Source of the DNA: a virus
Taxonomy: Duplodnaviria > Caudoviricetes
IMG/VR virus record: IMGVR_UViG_3300037714_000089
Coordinates: 1 to 39,041 of that record
Length of the DNA stretch: 39,041 bases
Reading direction: 5' to 3' (one strand)
Shown piece by piece: positions 17,307-25,346 of the stretch. The notes under the pieces were generated by a model. That model was given only the letters and a program-made list of their open reading frames with translations. It had not been told where the DNA came from and made no database searches. How positions within the stretch are numbered: position 1 is the first letter of the stretch; every line of letters begins with the position of its first letter. The position numbers and the translations under genes are program-made.

Positions 17307-17495
17307 ATGACCAAGAACATGCACGACTGGGACGTTCACGTCAAGGGAAACCAGACCCCCTACCGCATCAAGGGGGCGGCGGATGTCACGGTGCATCCCG
17401 ATGCGGACACCATCAGGGTGGTGGACGAGGACGGCAACGCGCTCGCCATGTTCCCGCACAACGCGGTCGCCGCGGTCATCCGCGTCAAGGAGTAG
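17307..17495 (+). CDS. 62-aa beta-rich hypothetical protein
   Basis: GAAGGGA RBS; GC3-rich codons; MTKNMHDWDVHVKG...LAMFPHNAVAAVIRVKE. Confidence 0.75.
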   Translation: MTKNMHDWDVHVKGNQTPYRIKGAADVTVHPDADTIRVVDEDGNALAMFPHNAVAAVIRVKE

Positions 17496-17609
17496 GCTCG
17501 ACACCAAGAGCTGACCCTCGCCCTACTGGCTTGGCTAGGCGCTTCCCGGTCCCACCGACCTGACTAAAGGACGAACTGGCTGACTCCCGTGTCCCCGTGT
17601 CGATGGGAG

Positions 17610-17647
17610 CGAAACCGCCCCACCTCTTCGGAGGTGGGGCGGTTTCG
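17610..17647. terminator. Bidirectional intrinsic terminator
   Basis: CGAAACCGCCCCACCTC-TTCG-GAGGTGGGGCGGTTTCG perfect stem between convergent genes. Confidence 0.9.
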
Positions 17648-17658
17648 TGCGTTCCAGG

Positions 17659-17856
17659 TCAGCCCGTGGTCGCCTGCTCGTACGCTGCGACCCATGCCGC
17701 GTCGTCGTCGTCCGAGTAGTCGAAGAACTCGTGATCACGGTCGCGCTGCGAGTCGTCGTGCGCGCGGACCAGGCGGCAGAACTCGGCGCGCTGCTCCGGG
17801 GTCAGGTCATCGACCGCCGGGCCAAGCCACGCATCGATCTCGTAGTCCTGGATCAT
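17659..17856 (-). CDS. Acidic hypothetical protein
   Basis: 65 aa; last gene of the leftward cluster, ends at the terminator. Confidence 0.7.
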   Translation of the reverse strand: MIQDYEIDAWLGPAVDDLTPEQRAEFCRLVRAHDDSQRDRDHEFFDYSDDDDAAWVAAYEQATTG

Positions 17857-17863
17857 GGCCGCG

Positions 17864-18109
17864 TCACCCGTGCGTGTGGACGTCGCCGTCGGCCACCAGC
17901 GTGCTCTCCACGGGTGCCAGGAGCGGCAGCCTCGCCAGGTGCTCGCGGGCGTGCGGCTCGCAGAACAGGGAAGCGGGCGCCGGGGACCCGCCCGAGATCT
18001 CGTCCCAGTCGTCCCACGCCACGAGCACCATGACGCCGCGGACGTTCATCCCCTGAGAGAGGACCATCATCGCGGCCGGCTCGCCGCAGTCGATCACCGT
18101 GCAGTTCAT
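17864..18109 (-). CDS. Hypothetical protein, possible Zn-binding (CxxxxC...CxxH)
   Basis: MNCTVIDC...FCEPH; ATGA overlap with upstream gene, GGAGG RBS. Confidence 0.7.
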   Translation of the reverse strand: MNCTVIDCGEPAAMMVLSQGMNVRGVMVLVAWDDWDEISGGSPAPASLFCEPHAREHLARLPLLAPVESTLVADGDVHTHG

Positions 18110-18396
18110 GCGGTCCTCCGTGGGTGCTGCGGGCGGCCCTCGGCGTCGAACCATGCGGGCCACAGCTCGCCGTGCTCGTTCGCGAAGTCGGGCTGCGTGC
18201 GCCAGGGGACGTGCAGCGTGCGGGGGACGCCACGGCGCGGGACCATGCCGCCGAGGCACCTCGCAGCGCCGTCGGCCTCCTCGCCGGGCAGGAGCCAGTA
18301 CCGCGCGCCGGTGTCGTCGCTCTGACGGAGCCTGACCTGCTCGCGGCAGAAGACGCACGTCGCGGGGGTGCCCTCGGGGGGCATCTGCGTGGCCAT
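18106..18396 (-). CDS. Hypothetical protein (CxxC...C...H)
   Basis: GAAGGA RBS before ATG at 18396; CVFC motif. Confidence 0.7.
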   Translation of the reverse strand: MATQMPPEGTPATCVFCREQVRLRQSDDTGARYWLLPGEEADGAARCLGGMVPRRGVPRTLHVPWRTQPDFANEHGELWPAWFDAEGRPQHPRRTA

Positions 18397-18426
18397 GGGG
18401 AGATCCTTCCACAGGTCGGGGGTGAG

Positions 18427-18675
18427 TTCGACGGTGAATCCCGGCGGATCCCGGCTTTCGACGGTGAGCCGTGCGTACTCGGCGTGTGTACCCGGTGGAT
18501 CAGGAGCGGTGTAACGCCTGGTCAAACATGGTGTCCGGAGGGGGACTTGAACCCTCTCTACCAGTAGACTGTGACCTGCGGATCCGCTAAATCCTGCGGA
18601 TTCTGGACCGGCCAGGCCCGGCGAACCGGGCATGAGCCCGGTGAATCCCGGTGAGATGTGTGTACGCGTACACAC
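18427..18675. repeat. Candidate integrase arm/accessory sites around attP
   Basis: TTCGACGGTGA at 18427 and 18457; CGGTGAATCCCGG at 18432 and 18639; 18-bp palindrome at 18658-18675. Confidence 0.65.
18529..18556 (-). other. attP common core: 3' end of a tRNA (Leu-like)
   Basis: Minus strand GAGGGTTCAAGTCCCCCTCCGGACACCA = T-arm, acceptor strand, discriminator A and CCA; next to a tyrosine integrase; resembles actinobacterial tRNA-Leu 3' ends. Confidence 0.88.
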
Positions 18676-18685
18676 GGGAGGCGGC

Positions 18686-19924
18686 ATGATGAGCGACATG
18701 GCGACCATGACCAGGCATGTGGCCAAAGACGGCACCGAGACGTGGAAGGTGCGATTCCGGGAAGCTGGCCGAGGGTCGAAGAACTCCTCCCGCACCTTCG
18801 GGTCGGACCGCGGGGCCATCGCGTTCGCGAAGCTCGTCCGCGACGTCGGTGGCAAGCGCGCCGTCGAGATCCTCGACGCGCGCACGGGCGCCGTCGAGGG
18901 GACACCCACGGTCGCCCAGTGGTGCACCAGGCACATCGAGGCCCTGTCGGGCACGCAGCCGGACACGATCGAGAAGTACAAGGCCTACGTCCGCAACGAC
19001 CTCGGCGCGCTCGGTGCGCTCCCGGTCGACGCCGTCACCCATGAAGACGTAGCGCGCTGGGTGAACGCCATGGCGAAGAAGACGTGGCGCGGCAAGCCGA
19101 CGGCGGGCAAGACGATCAAGAACAAGCACGGCTTCCTCTCCGCCGCGTTCGCCCGCGCCGAGACGCAGGGTCTCGTGCCGTCCAACCCCTGTAAGGGCAC
19201 CCGCATGCCGCGCACCGTGACCGAGCCGATGACGTTCCTCACCCACGACGAGTACACGCGGTTCCTCGGCTGCTTCACCCCGTACTGGCAGCCGCTGGTG
19301 GAGTTCCTGTTCTCGACCGGCCTGCGCTGGGGCGAGGCGACGGCGCTCCAGATCGGTGAGGTGGACCTCGAGCGGGCGGCCGTGACCGTCGCGCGCGCCT
19401 GGAAGCGCGGGCGCGTCCTCGGCGTGCCGAAGTCGTCCAAGAGCCGGCGCACCGTCGCGCTGTCGCCGGAGACGGTCGATCTCCTGGCGCCGCTCATCAG
19501 GGGCCGCCGCGGTGACGCCTACGTGTTCCGCAACCAGCTCGGCGGACCAGTGCGGCACCAGACGTTTACCGACAACGCGTGGCAGCCCGCGGTGCGCCTG
19601 GCCAACGCGGAGCCGGCGCAGCGCGACGGCGGCAAGCGCGTGGCCCGACGGCGTGACTCGGCGGGGGAACTCATCACGCCGCTCGACCCGCCGCTGGGCA
19701 AGCGCCCCCGCATCCACGACGCCCGGCACACGAACGCGTCCTGGCTGCTGGGCGATGGTGTGCCGATCAACTATGTACAGGCGCACCTGGGGCACGAGTC
19801 CATCACGACGACGGTGGACAGGTACGGCCACGTGATGCCCGCCGCGCAGACGGCGGTCCGTGCGGCGATCTCCAGGGCGCTGGCACAGGCGCACCCGGAG
19901 GAGGTCCGCCAGATCGAGTCCTGA
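18686..19924 (+). CDS. int: Tyrosine integrase
   Basis: TGLRWGE (R), HDARH (HxxR), LGHESI, DRYGH (Y); start 18686, 18689 or 18698. Confidence 0.96.
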   Translation: MMSDMATMTRHVAKDGTETWKVRFREAGRGSKNSSRTFGSDRGAIAFAKLVRDVGGKRAVEILDARTGAVEGTPTVAQWCTRHIEALSGTQPDTIEKYKAYVRNDLGALGALPVDAVTHEDVARWVNAMAKKTWRGKPTAGKTIKNKHGFLSAAFARAETQGLVPSNPCKGTRMPRTVTEPMTFLTHDEYTRFLGCFTPYWQPLVEFLFSTGLRWGEATALQIGEVDLERAAVTVARAWKRGRVLGVPKSSKSRRTVALSPETVDLLAPLIRGRRGDAYVFRNQLGGPVRHQTFTDNAWQPAVRLANAEPAQRDGGKRVARRRDSAGELITPLDPPLGKRPRIHDARHTNASWLLGDGVPINYVQAHLGHESITTTVDRYGHVMPAAQTAVRAAISRALAQAHPEEVRQIES

Positions 19925-19935
19925 CCGCACAGACG

Positions 19936-19963
19936 AAGGCCCCCGCCATCAGGCGGGGGCCTT
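19936..19963. terminator. Intrinsic terminator after integrase
   Basis: AAGGCCCCCGCC-ATCA-GGCGGGGGCCTT between convergent genes. Confidence 0.85.
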
Positions 19964-19967
19964 TCCG

Positions 19968-20156
19968 TCATGCCCGGTCGTGTCGTGATGCGGCTGCGGC
20001 CAGGTCGAACATGCGCGCCGTGGCGTCGAGCGGGAGGTGTCGCCGCAGCTCGTCCCAGAGCATCGCTGACGGACACTCCGCGAGCAGGCTGCTGATCAGG
20101 TCGTACGCCGGGCATGTGGGTAAGTCGGTTCGTGCGACGTCGGCTGTGGCGTCCAC
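19968..20156 (-). CDS. Hypothetical protein downstream of repressor
   Basis: 62 aa; GGGGG RBS-like sequence; ends at the terminator. Confidence 0.5.
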   Translation of the reverse strand: MDATADVARTDLPTCPAYDLISSLLAECPSAMLWDELRRHLPLDATARMFDLAAAASRHDRA

Positions 20157-20298
20157 TGGAGCCCCCTAGGCCTAGATACATTTGCACCCACCGTAGGCAT
20201 AACGAGCAATTCCGGCTGGGTGAGATGAGCGATATTGCGGTTGATACCCCCCCGCTATTTCACGATGCGGAACGGTTTCGACAAATGAGAGACGAATG

Positions 20299-20586
20299 TC
20301 AATCGGGCGTCACCCCACCTGATCGCGCTGCGTCAGCCCCGGCGCGCTCTTCTGCGCGGGTCATGAGCTGGGAGGGCCGTAGCCCGAGCGCCTCGGCGAT
20401 CTGGCCGAGCGTCTCCATCGGAATGTCTCGCTCGGCCCGCTCGTAGCGCCCGATCGAGTTCTTGTGGACGCCGGCCCTCTCGGCCAGCGCCTCGATGGAC
20501 AGCCCGGCGCCGTTGCGTTCCGCGGCTATCTGCCTGCCCAGCGCGCGCAGGAGCGCGCTGGGTTCCGGTCTGGTTGATGTGCTCAC
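20299..20586 (-). CDS. Immunity repressor (XRE/Cro-CI HTH)
   Basis: LSIEALAERAGVHKNSIGRYERAER HTH; divergent from cro-like gene; GTG start 7 nt after TAACGT. Confidence 0.88.
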   Translation of the reverse strand: MSTSTRPEPSALLRALGRQIAAERNGAGLSIEALAERAGVHKNSIGRYERAERDIPMETLGQIAEALGLRPSQLMTRAEERAGADAARSGGVTPD

Positions 20587-20593
20587 GGCCTGG

Positions 20594-20735
20594 ACGTTAC
20601 CCCAACTGGGTGCATTTCGCACCCAGTCAGGCCCACACAGTTCGAGCAGGCCTACCGCCGTACCCGCATGGGGGTAGTTCACCCACACACGGGTTGCGGT
20701 GTTCCGTTCGGAACAGGTACCGTCCCCATATGGGT
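20594..20735. promoter_or_regulatory. Genetic switch: divergent promoters and operators
   Basis: Rightward TTGCGG-18nt-TACCGT (20694-20723); leftward TAACGT (20594-20599); CCCCA-NN-YGGGT at 20600, 20662 (rc) and 20724; palindrome TGTTCCGTTCGGAACA at 20700-20715. Confidence 0.7.
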
Positions 20736-20969
20736 ATCAGCAGCACCCTTGCGGGTGTCATCTCCGAGCACATGGACGAGGACGATGTGTCGCTCGGCGC
20801 GATGGCGGCTCGCACCGGGATTCCGAAGACCACCCTTCACAACCGTCTGCAGAACTCGACCGGCCTCACGTTCGGAGAGTTCGAGCGCATTTCCGCCGTG
20901 CTGGGCGCCGATCCGTCTCTCCTCCTCATCGAGGCAGAGCAGCGATCGCGCAGCACCGCAGCCGCCTGA
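20730..20969 (+). CDS. Cro-like HTH protein
   Basis: VSLGAMAARTGIPKTTLHNRL HTH; first rightward early gene. Confidence 0.85.
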   Translation: MGISSTLAGVISEHMDEDDVSLGAMAARTGIPKTTLHNRLQNSTGLTFGEFERISAVLGADPSLLLIEAEQRSRSTAAA

Positions 20970-21044
20970 CCTCAGACACACAGCAGCCCCGACACCATCC
21001 CGCCAGAGACAGGCGCCGGGGCTACCAACGAACAGGAGAAGCAT

Positions 21045-21152
21045 ATGTCACTCATGGACAAGATCGTCAGCGTCCTCGCCGACGACAGCGACCCCAAGGC
21101 GGTCGCCGAGGTCCAGGACCTCCTCGGCGTCGAGTCGAAGGACTCGAAGTGA
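21045..21152 (+). CDS. 35-aa hypothetical protein (not in ORF track)
   Basis: AGGAG RBS; MSLMDKIVSVLADDSDPKAVAEVQDLLGVESKDSK*; GTGA overlap with next gene. Confidence 0.65.
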   Translation: MSLMDKIVSVLADDSDPKAVAEVQDLLGVESKDSK

Positions 21153-21637
21153 GCGCCCGCCAGTTCCAGGTCGGCGACCGCGTCGTCGCTTACGGCCGCA
21201 GCGGTGGCCAGGTCGCCACGGGCGCCGGCGCCATCGACAAGATGGACGAGTACGAACTCGACGGCGAGGCGTACGTCTCCGTGTGGGTCCGGCTCGACAC
21301 CCCGGTGATGGACGACGGCGTCGAGCGCAAGTGGATCACGCTCTACCTCGCCGCCGACCGCGCGACCCCCCACTTCGACCACACCATCGAGCTGGAGAGT
21401 GCCGCTGAGCCGGTCTACCTCGAGATCGACGGCGTCGTCATGAAGACCACCGCCGACGCCGAGTCGCTGGCCGACCTCCTCGACTACGGATGGGAACAGA
21501 TCACCCGCGAAGAGGCCATGACGTGGCGCCCGCTCGACGAGGACGACGGCACGGAGGCCGAGTCGCTGGCCGAGGTCCAGGCGCCCGCGTTCCCCGACGT
21601 CCTGGTGCACGGCCGCTCCCGGGTCGGTGCCTCGTGA
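21149..21637 (+). CDS. Hypothetical protein (SH3/KOW-like start FQVGDRV)
   Basis: Coupled start; GC3-rich codons. Confidence 0.7.
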   Translation: MSARQFQVGDRVVAYGRSGGQVATGAGAIDKMDEYELDGEAYVSVWVRLDTPVMDDGVERKWITLYLAADRATPHFDHTIELESAAEPVYLEIDGVVMKTTADAESLADLLDYGWEQITREEAMTWRPLDEDDGTEAESLAEVQAPAFPDVLVHGRSRVGAS

Positions 21638-21735
21638 CCACCGACCCGTGGCACCCCGGAGACATCAACGAAGGCCCGCCGCCGAAGCGCGAGGACCCGC
21701 CCGCCCGCGAGACCCAGAACCCCAAGGAGAAGTAG
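21634..21735 (+). CDS. 33-aa hypothetical protein
   Basis: Overlaps both neighbours. Confidence 0.5.
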   Translation: MTTDPWHPGDINEGPPPKREDPPARETQNPKEK

Positions 21736-21995
21736 TGAGCCTCGACACGACACTCTCGCCGGCCGACGTCGCCGCCCTCGTGGAGAAGTCCGCGGACTGG
21801 GTGGAGCGCCGAGTGAACGCGGGGGAGTTCGAGCACCTGCGCGTGGGTCGCTCGATGCGGTTCACGACCGACCAGGCGGAAACGTTCATCCGATCCTTCA
21901 CCGTCCGGCCCGACGGCGAGCCCGGGGCCGAGCAGGCGGCGGACCCCCTGCGGTCGCAGTCGTCCCGTTCGAGGAACCGCCGCAAGTCCGCCTGA
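21735..21995 (+). CDS. xis: Excisionase-like (MerR/HTH_17) DNA-binding protein
   Basis: LSPADVAALV..S..WV.R....GE...LRVGRSMRF; AAGGAG RBS. Confidence 0.75.
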   Translation: MSLDTTLSPADVAALVEKSADWVERRVNAGEFEHLRVGRSMRFTTDQAETFIRSFTVRPDGEPGAEQAADPLRSQSSRSRNRRKSA

Positions 21996-22079
21996 GCCAC
22001 CCGGCCCAGACGCAGCAATGCCGCCGCACCCACCGGTTGTGAGCCCGGATGCGACGGCACCACCGAGAGGAATCATCCC

Positions 22080-22406
22080 ATGTTCCCCAAGATCACCAGG
22101 AAGCCCGACAAGGGGCTCCTCATCCAGGCCGGGGCGTTCGTCGTCGCCCTCGTCTGTGCCGGCGGGATCGGCTGGCTGGCCAAGCCCGCCGAGACCCCCC
22201 AGTCGTGCGCGAAGGCGTTCACGGCCGCCGAGCGGGCGTTCGTCGCCTACGAGAACCTCGCGACCTCGACGCAACTGGCCGCGACCCGTGGCCGCAGCGA
22301 GTTCGCCGGGCACGAGGCTGACAAGGCCAGCGCCAGGGGCGAGCTGGACGACCTCGGGCCCGTCTACCGCGACGCCAAGGCCGAGTGTGCTGGCGGTGCG
22401 CGATGA
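22080..22406 (+). CDS. Membrane-anchored hypothetical protein
   Basis: TM segment then helical domain with Cys pair; GAGG RBS. Confidence 0.7.
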   Translation: MFPKITRKPDKGLLIQAGAFVVALVCAGGIGWLAKPAETPQSCAKAFTAAERAFVAYENLATSTQLAATRGRSEFAGHEADKASARGELDDLGPVYRDAKAECAGGAR

Positions 22407-22708
22407 GCGCCCACGACCACACCACGATCGTCCCGGGCTGCTACCGGTGCGACCTGAACAAGGACGAGCTGCCGACGCCGCTGGAGGCTGCCGCCCAGGT
22501 GATCGCGGATGCCCCGTCCGCTTTCCCGAGCGACACCAGCACGGCGCGTGAGGCCATCGAGGCAGCGCTCGACGCCGTGGACCTGGAACGGCTACTGGAG
22601 TCGGAGATGCGGCGGTACAACGACGAGTCGCTGATCGAGGACGACGTGGACCTGTTCGAGTACCTGGAGGCCCGCGTCCGCGCCGCAATCCTCGGCGGTG
22701 TCCGATGA
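22403..22708 (+). CDS. Hypothetical protein (H..CxxC N-terminus)
   Basis: ATGA coupling. Confidence 0.65.
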   Translation: MSAHDHTTIVPGCYRCDLNKDELPTPLEAAAQVIADAPSAFPSDTSTAREAIEAALDAVDLERLLESEMRRYNDESLIEDDVDLFEYLEARVRAAILGGVR

Positions 22709-22860
22709 TCCACGACGACAACCACGTCATAACGATCCACCCGGACGACGAGTCCCGCGAGTTCGAGATGAACCACGAGCTCGGCAACCAGGAGCAGCGG
22801 GAGATCGACCGCCGGGTGCAGCGCGCACTTGCACGACGCGACGGGCGGGCCGACTCGTGA
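22705..22860 (+). CDS. 51-aa hypothetical protein (not in ORF track)
   Basis: MIHDDNHVITIHPDDESREFE...; overlaps both neighbours. Confidence 0.6.
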   Translation: MIHDDNHVITIHPDDESREFEMNHELGNQEQREIDRRVQRALARRDGRADS

Positions 22861-22979
22861 CCCGCCACCACGCCCACACGGGCGACCACCTCGTCATGGC
22901 CCTCGCTGGCCTCGTCTCCATCGTCGCGGCTGCCGTGTGCTGGGCCGGTCTGGTCCGGCTGCTGGGAGGTGTCTCGTGA
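22857..22979 (+). CDS. Small single-TM protein
   Basis: LVMALAGLVSIVAAAVCWAGLV; GTGA coupling. Confidence 0.55.
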   Translation: MTRHHAHTGDHLVMALAGLVSIVAAAVCWAGLVRLLGGVS

Positions 22980-23137
22980 CCACCGATCCCCAGGACCACC
23001 TCGCCGCCGCCCTGCCCACCCCCGGCCGCATCGAGCCCGAGACGACCGACTCCGGGCCGTGCACCGACGGCGACTGCGAGCACCGGGGATGGGCGAACCC
23101 GACCATGGCACCTGACTACATGGAAGGCGGCCGGTGA
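22976..23137 (+). CDS. Hypothetical protein
   Basis: GGAGG RBS; coupled start. Confidence 0.55.
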   Translation: MTTDPQDHLAAALPTPGRIEPETTDSGPCTDGDCEHRGWANPTMAPDYMEGGR

Positions 23138-23523
23138 TGGCCACCGAGACCCCGCGCTCGCTCGACCTGGCGCCGATCGCTGCCGACCCGACGGCGATCC
23201 CCGACCCGGATCGCGCACACCCCGCCGGCCTCACGTGGGTGGAGCCGCTGACGCCCCGCCCGATCGCTCTCGGCCCCAGCGCCGACCACCCCGACGTCCG
23301 GCCGGTTCTCGCCCTCGACGCTGGCCGGTTCTGGACCGCCGCGCGTCACGGGCTCGCTGTGGGTCGTGCCCGCCGCGAGATGGACACCGCCGCCGTCCGT
23401 TACGCCCTCTCGGCCTCGCTGTCCCGGGCCCCGCACCTCGCCGTCGCCATGGCTGAGGCCGCTGGGGTCTGGACCGACGCCACCACGCACGCCGCTACTG
23501 ACCTCTTTGGAGCCACAGCATGA
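23134..23523 (+). CDS. Hypothetical protein
   Basis: Coupled within operon. Confidence 0.6.
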   Translation: MMATETPRSLDLAPIAADPTAIPDPDRAHPAGLTWVEPLTPRPIALGPSADHPDVRPVLALDAGRFWTAARHGLAVGRARREMDTAAVRYALSASLSRAPHLAVAMAEAAGVWTDATTHAATDLFGATA

Positions 23524-24206
23524 GCACCGACATCAAGCGTCTCCCCGCCGACTGGTCGAAGGACCTCGGCATCGACGTCCTCGACCCCGACGGCTGGCGT
23601 TGTGACGGCACGCCATGGGGGCTCGCCATCACCGAGCAGGACTTCCGCCGTCGGGCCGCGATGAGCACGATGCGCGAGGTGCCCACCCCCGCCCCGCTCG
23701 ACCCGTCGAAGGTCAAGGCGGGCGACACGGTGGCCGTCGAGGTGGAGAACAGCAACACCGGCGTCCCGACCTACACCGTCTCGGGTGAGGTTCACGACGA
23801 CGACCAGGGCCGCCCGTGGGTCGGTCCGATCCTCCTCAACAGCAAGTACCCGGGCGGCCCGGTTAGCGTCACGATCACCGACCACCAGCCCGCGCCCAAG
23901 CCCGAGTGGGAGCCGGGGACGAGCGGGACGGCGGCGCTGAACGGAGTCCCGAACGCGCGCGTCATGCGAGCTGGCGTCGGCGGGGTCATGACGTGGTGGG
24001 TAGCGCAGGACGGCTGCAAGTACTCGGACGAAGAACTGACCGACTTCGTGCCGGACGAGCCCCGCCCGCTGCCGACGCGGGACGAGGTTGGTCCTGCCAT
24101 CCACGAGGCCATGGCGCGCAACGGGTACCCGTTCTACGGGGACGCCAAGGCCATCCTCGACGCCACCGACGCCGTCGTGGCGCTGTGGGGCGGTGAGTCC
24201 CGATGA
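23520..24206 (+). CDS. Hypothetical protein (mosaic)
   Basis: LDPDGWR...ITEQDF.RR..MST N-terminal module; ATGA coupling. Confidence 0.7.
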   Translation: MSTDIKRLPADWSKDLGIDVLDPDGWRCDGTPWGLAITEQDFRRRAAMSTMREVPTPAPLDPSKVKAGDTVAVEVENSNTGVPTYTVSGEVHDDDQGRPWVGPILLNSKYPGGPVSVTITDHQPAPKPEWEPGTSGTAALNGVPNARVMRAGVGGVMTWWVAQDGCKYSDEELTDFVPDEPRPLPTRDEVGPAIHEAMARNGYPFYGDAKAILDATDAVVALWGGESR

Positions 24207-24631
24207 CCGCCACCGCCACCCCGGCCACCGTCGCCCCCCGCATGGGCATGGTCTCCGGCGTCCTGCGCCCCCGTCCGTCGAGCACGCGCCCGAGCCTCGG
24301 CGCGGACCTCCGAGGAGCCGGCGCACGCATCGGCACCGACGAGGACCTGCCGTCCGAGTTCCAGCGCAAGATCCTGGCCGCGCGCGACGGGGAGACGGCC
24401 GCGCAGACCATCACCAACAGCGTGCTCCTCGACCTCGCGATCACCGAGCACGAGGTCACCGAGGTCCGGCAACTGCTGCTCGACATGACCGTCCAGCGCG
24501 ACGCCATGCGTGCCGAGCTCGTGGCCGCCGGACCCGTGCTGGATGTCGTCGCACGGGACGTCCACCGGGGCACCGCGTCCGGGGACCTGTGGGGCGCGTA
24601 CACCACCTACACCGAGGGAGGGACGCGATGA
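24203..24631 (+). CDS. Hypothetical protein with coiled coil
   Basis: ATGA coupling. Confidence 0.65.
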   Translation: MTATATPATVAPRMGMVSGVLRPRPSSTRPSLGADLRGAGARIGTDEDLPSEFQRKILAARDGETAAQTITNSVLLDLAITEHEVTEVRQLLLDMTVQRDAMRAELVAAGPVLDVVARDVHRGTASGDLWGAYTTYTEGGTR

Positions 24632-25068
24632 GCACGCTCGACCAGATCGAGGCTCGCCTGTCCGCCGCGACGCCTGGGCCGTGGGCATGGCGGAACACCA
24701 GCGAGCCGTACCTGATGGGCGTCCGGACGCGCATCGTCATGGCCTTCCGGCGCATGGGGACCCAAGGCGCGCAGCCCCAGTTCCGAGACGCCCACGGTCT
24801 CCTGGTGGACGCGGGCCGGGAGAACATCAACGACTTCCCGGACGCCGCCCTCATCGCCAACGCACCCGCCGACCTCGCATCACTCGCGGCGGCCCTGCGT
24901 GCGATCCAGGCGCTGCACCGGCCGTACCGGACTCACAACGCCCTCAGCAACCCCGAGTTCTGGTACGAGGTCTGCACGGTCTGCGCCGACAGCGAGGGTG
25001 ACGCGCGCCTGTGGCCGTGCCCGACGACGAAGGCTATGGCTGACCTGCTGGGCGGTGACCCCGCATGA
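24628..25068 (+). CDS. Ead/Ea22-like protein with C-terminal CxxC..WPC module
   Basis: ARLSAATPGPW...DAALIANAP. Confidence 0.65.
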   Translation: MSTLDQIEARLSAATPGPWAWRNTSEPYLMGVRTRIVMAFRRMGTQGAQPQFRDAHGLLVDAGRENINDFPDAALIANAPADLASLAAALRAIQALHRPYRTHNALSNPEFWYEVCTVCADSEGDARLWPCPTTKAMADLLGGDPA

Positions 25069-25346
25069 CCGGCACCAACCCCCTCCTCGACCCGGACGGC
25101 AGCAAGCGTGCCGCGATGGCGTCGTCCCTGGAGTACGGCACGCACCCGCTGATCGGGCAGCACCTGTACCGGCAGCCCGTGCCCAGCACGCCGACCGACC
25201 GCCACGACGCCCAGCAGGCGCTCGACCGGCCCGTCGCGACGATCCCGAGGTGCGGTCGGTGCGGGAAGCAGCGGGTGCTGTTCGCGGGGACCTGCGGGAC
25301 GTGCGGGGACGCCGAGCGCGAGGAAGACGAGGCGCGCCGTGGCTGA
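25065..25346 (+). CDS. Hypothetical zinc-finger protein
   Basis: CGRC...CGTC. Confidence 0.6.
   Translation: MTGTNPLLDPDGSKRAAMASSLEYGTHPLIGQHLYRQPVPSTPTDRHDAQQALDRPVATIPRCGRCGKQRVLFAGTCGTCGDAEREEDEARRG

Noticed and set aside
17496-17609. tRNA-, SRP- or hammerhead-like RNA (TAGCCAAGCCAGTAGGGC on the minus strand; CTGACTAA..GAA on the plus strand)
   Set aside because: Only fragmentary resemblance; no cloverleaf, SRP GGAA loop context or CUGANGA/GAAA core. Kept only as an unclassified structured region
18529-18556. Complete tRNA gene
   Set aside because: Only the T-arm, acceptor strand and CCA are present, with no D or anticodon arm; interpreted as attP
21458-21573. 17-bp direct repeat GCCGAGTCGCTGGCCGA
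   Set aside because: In-frame AESLA(D/E) duplication within one gene; no evidence of a separate function
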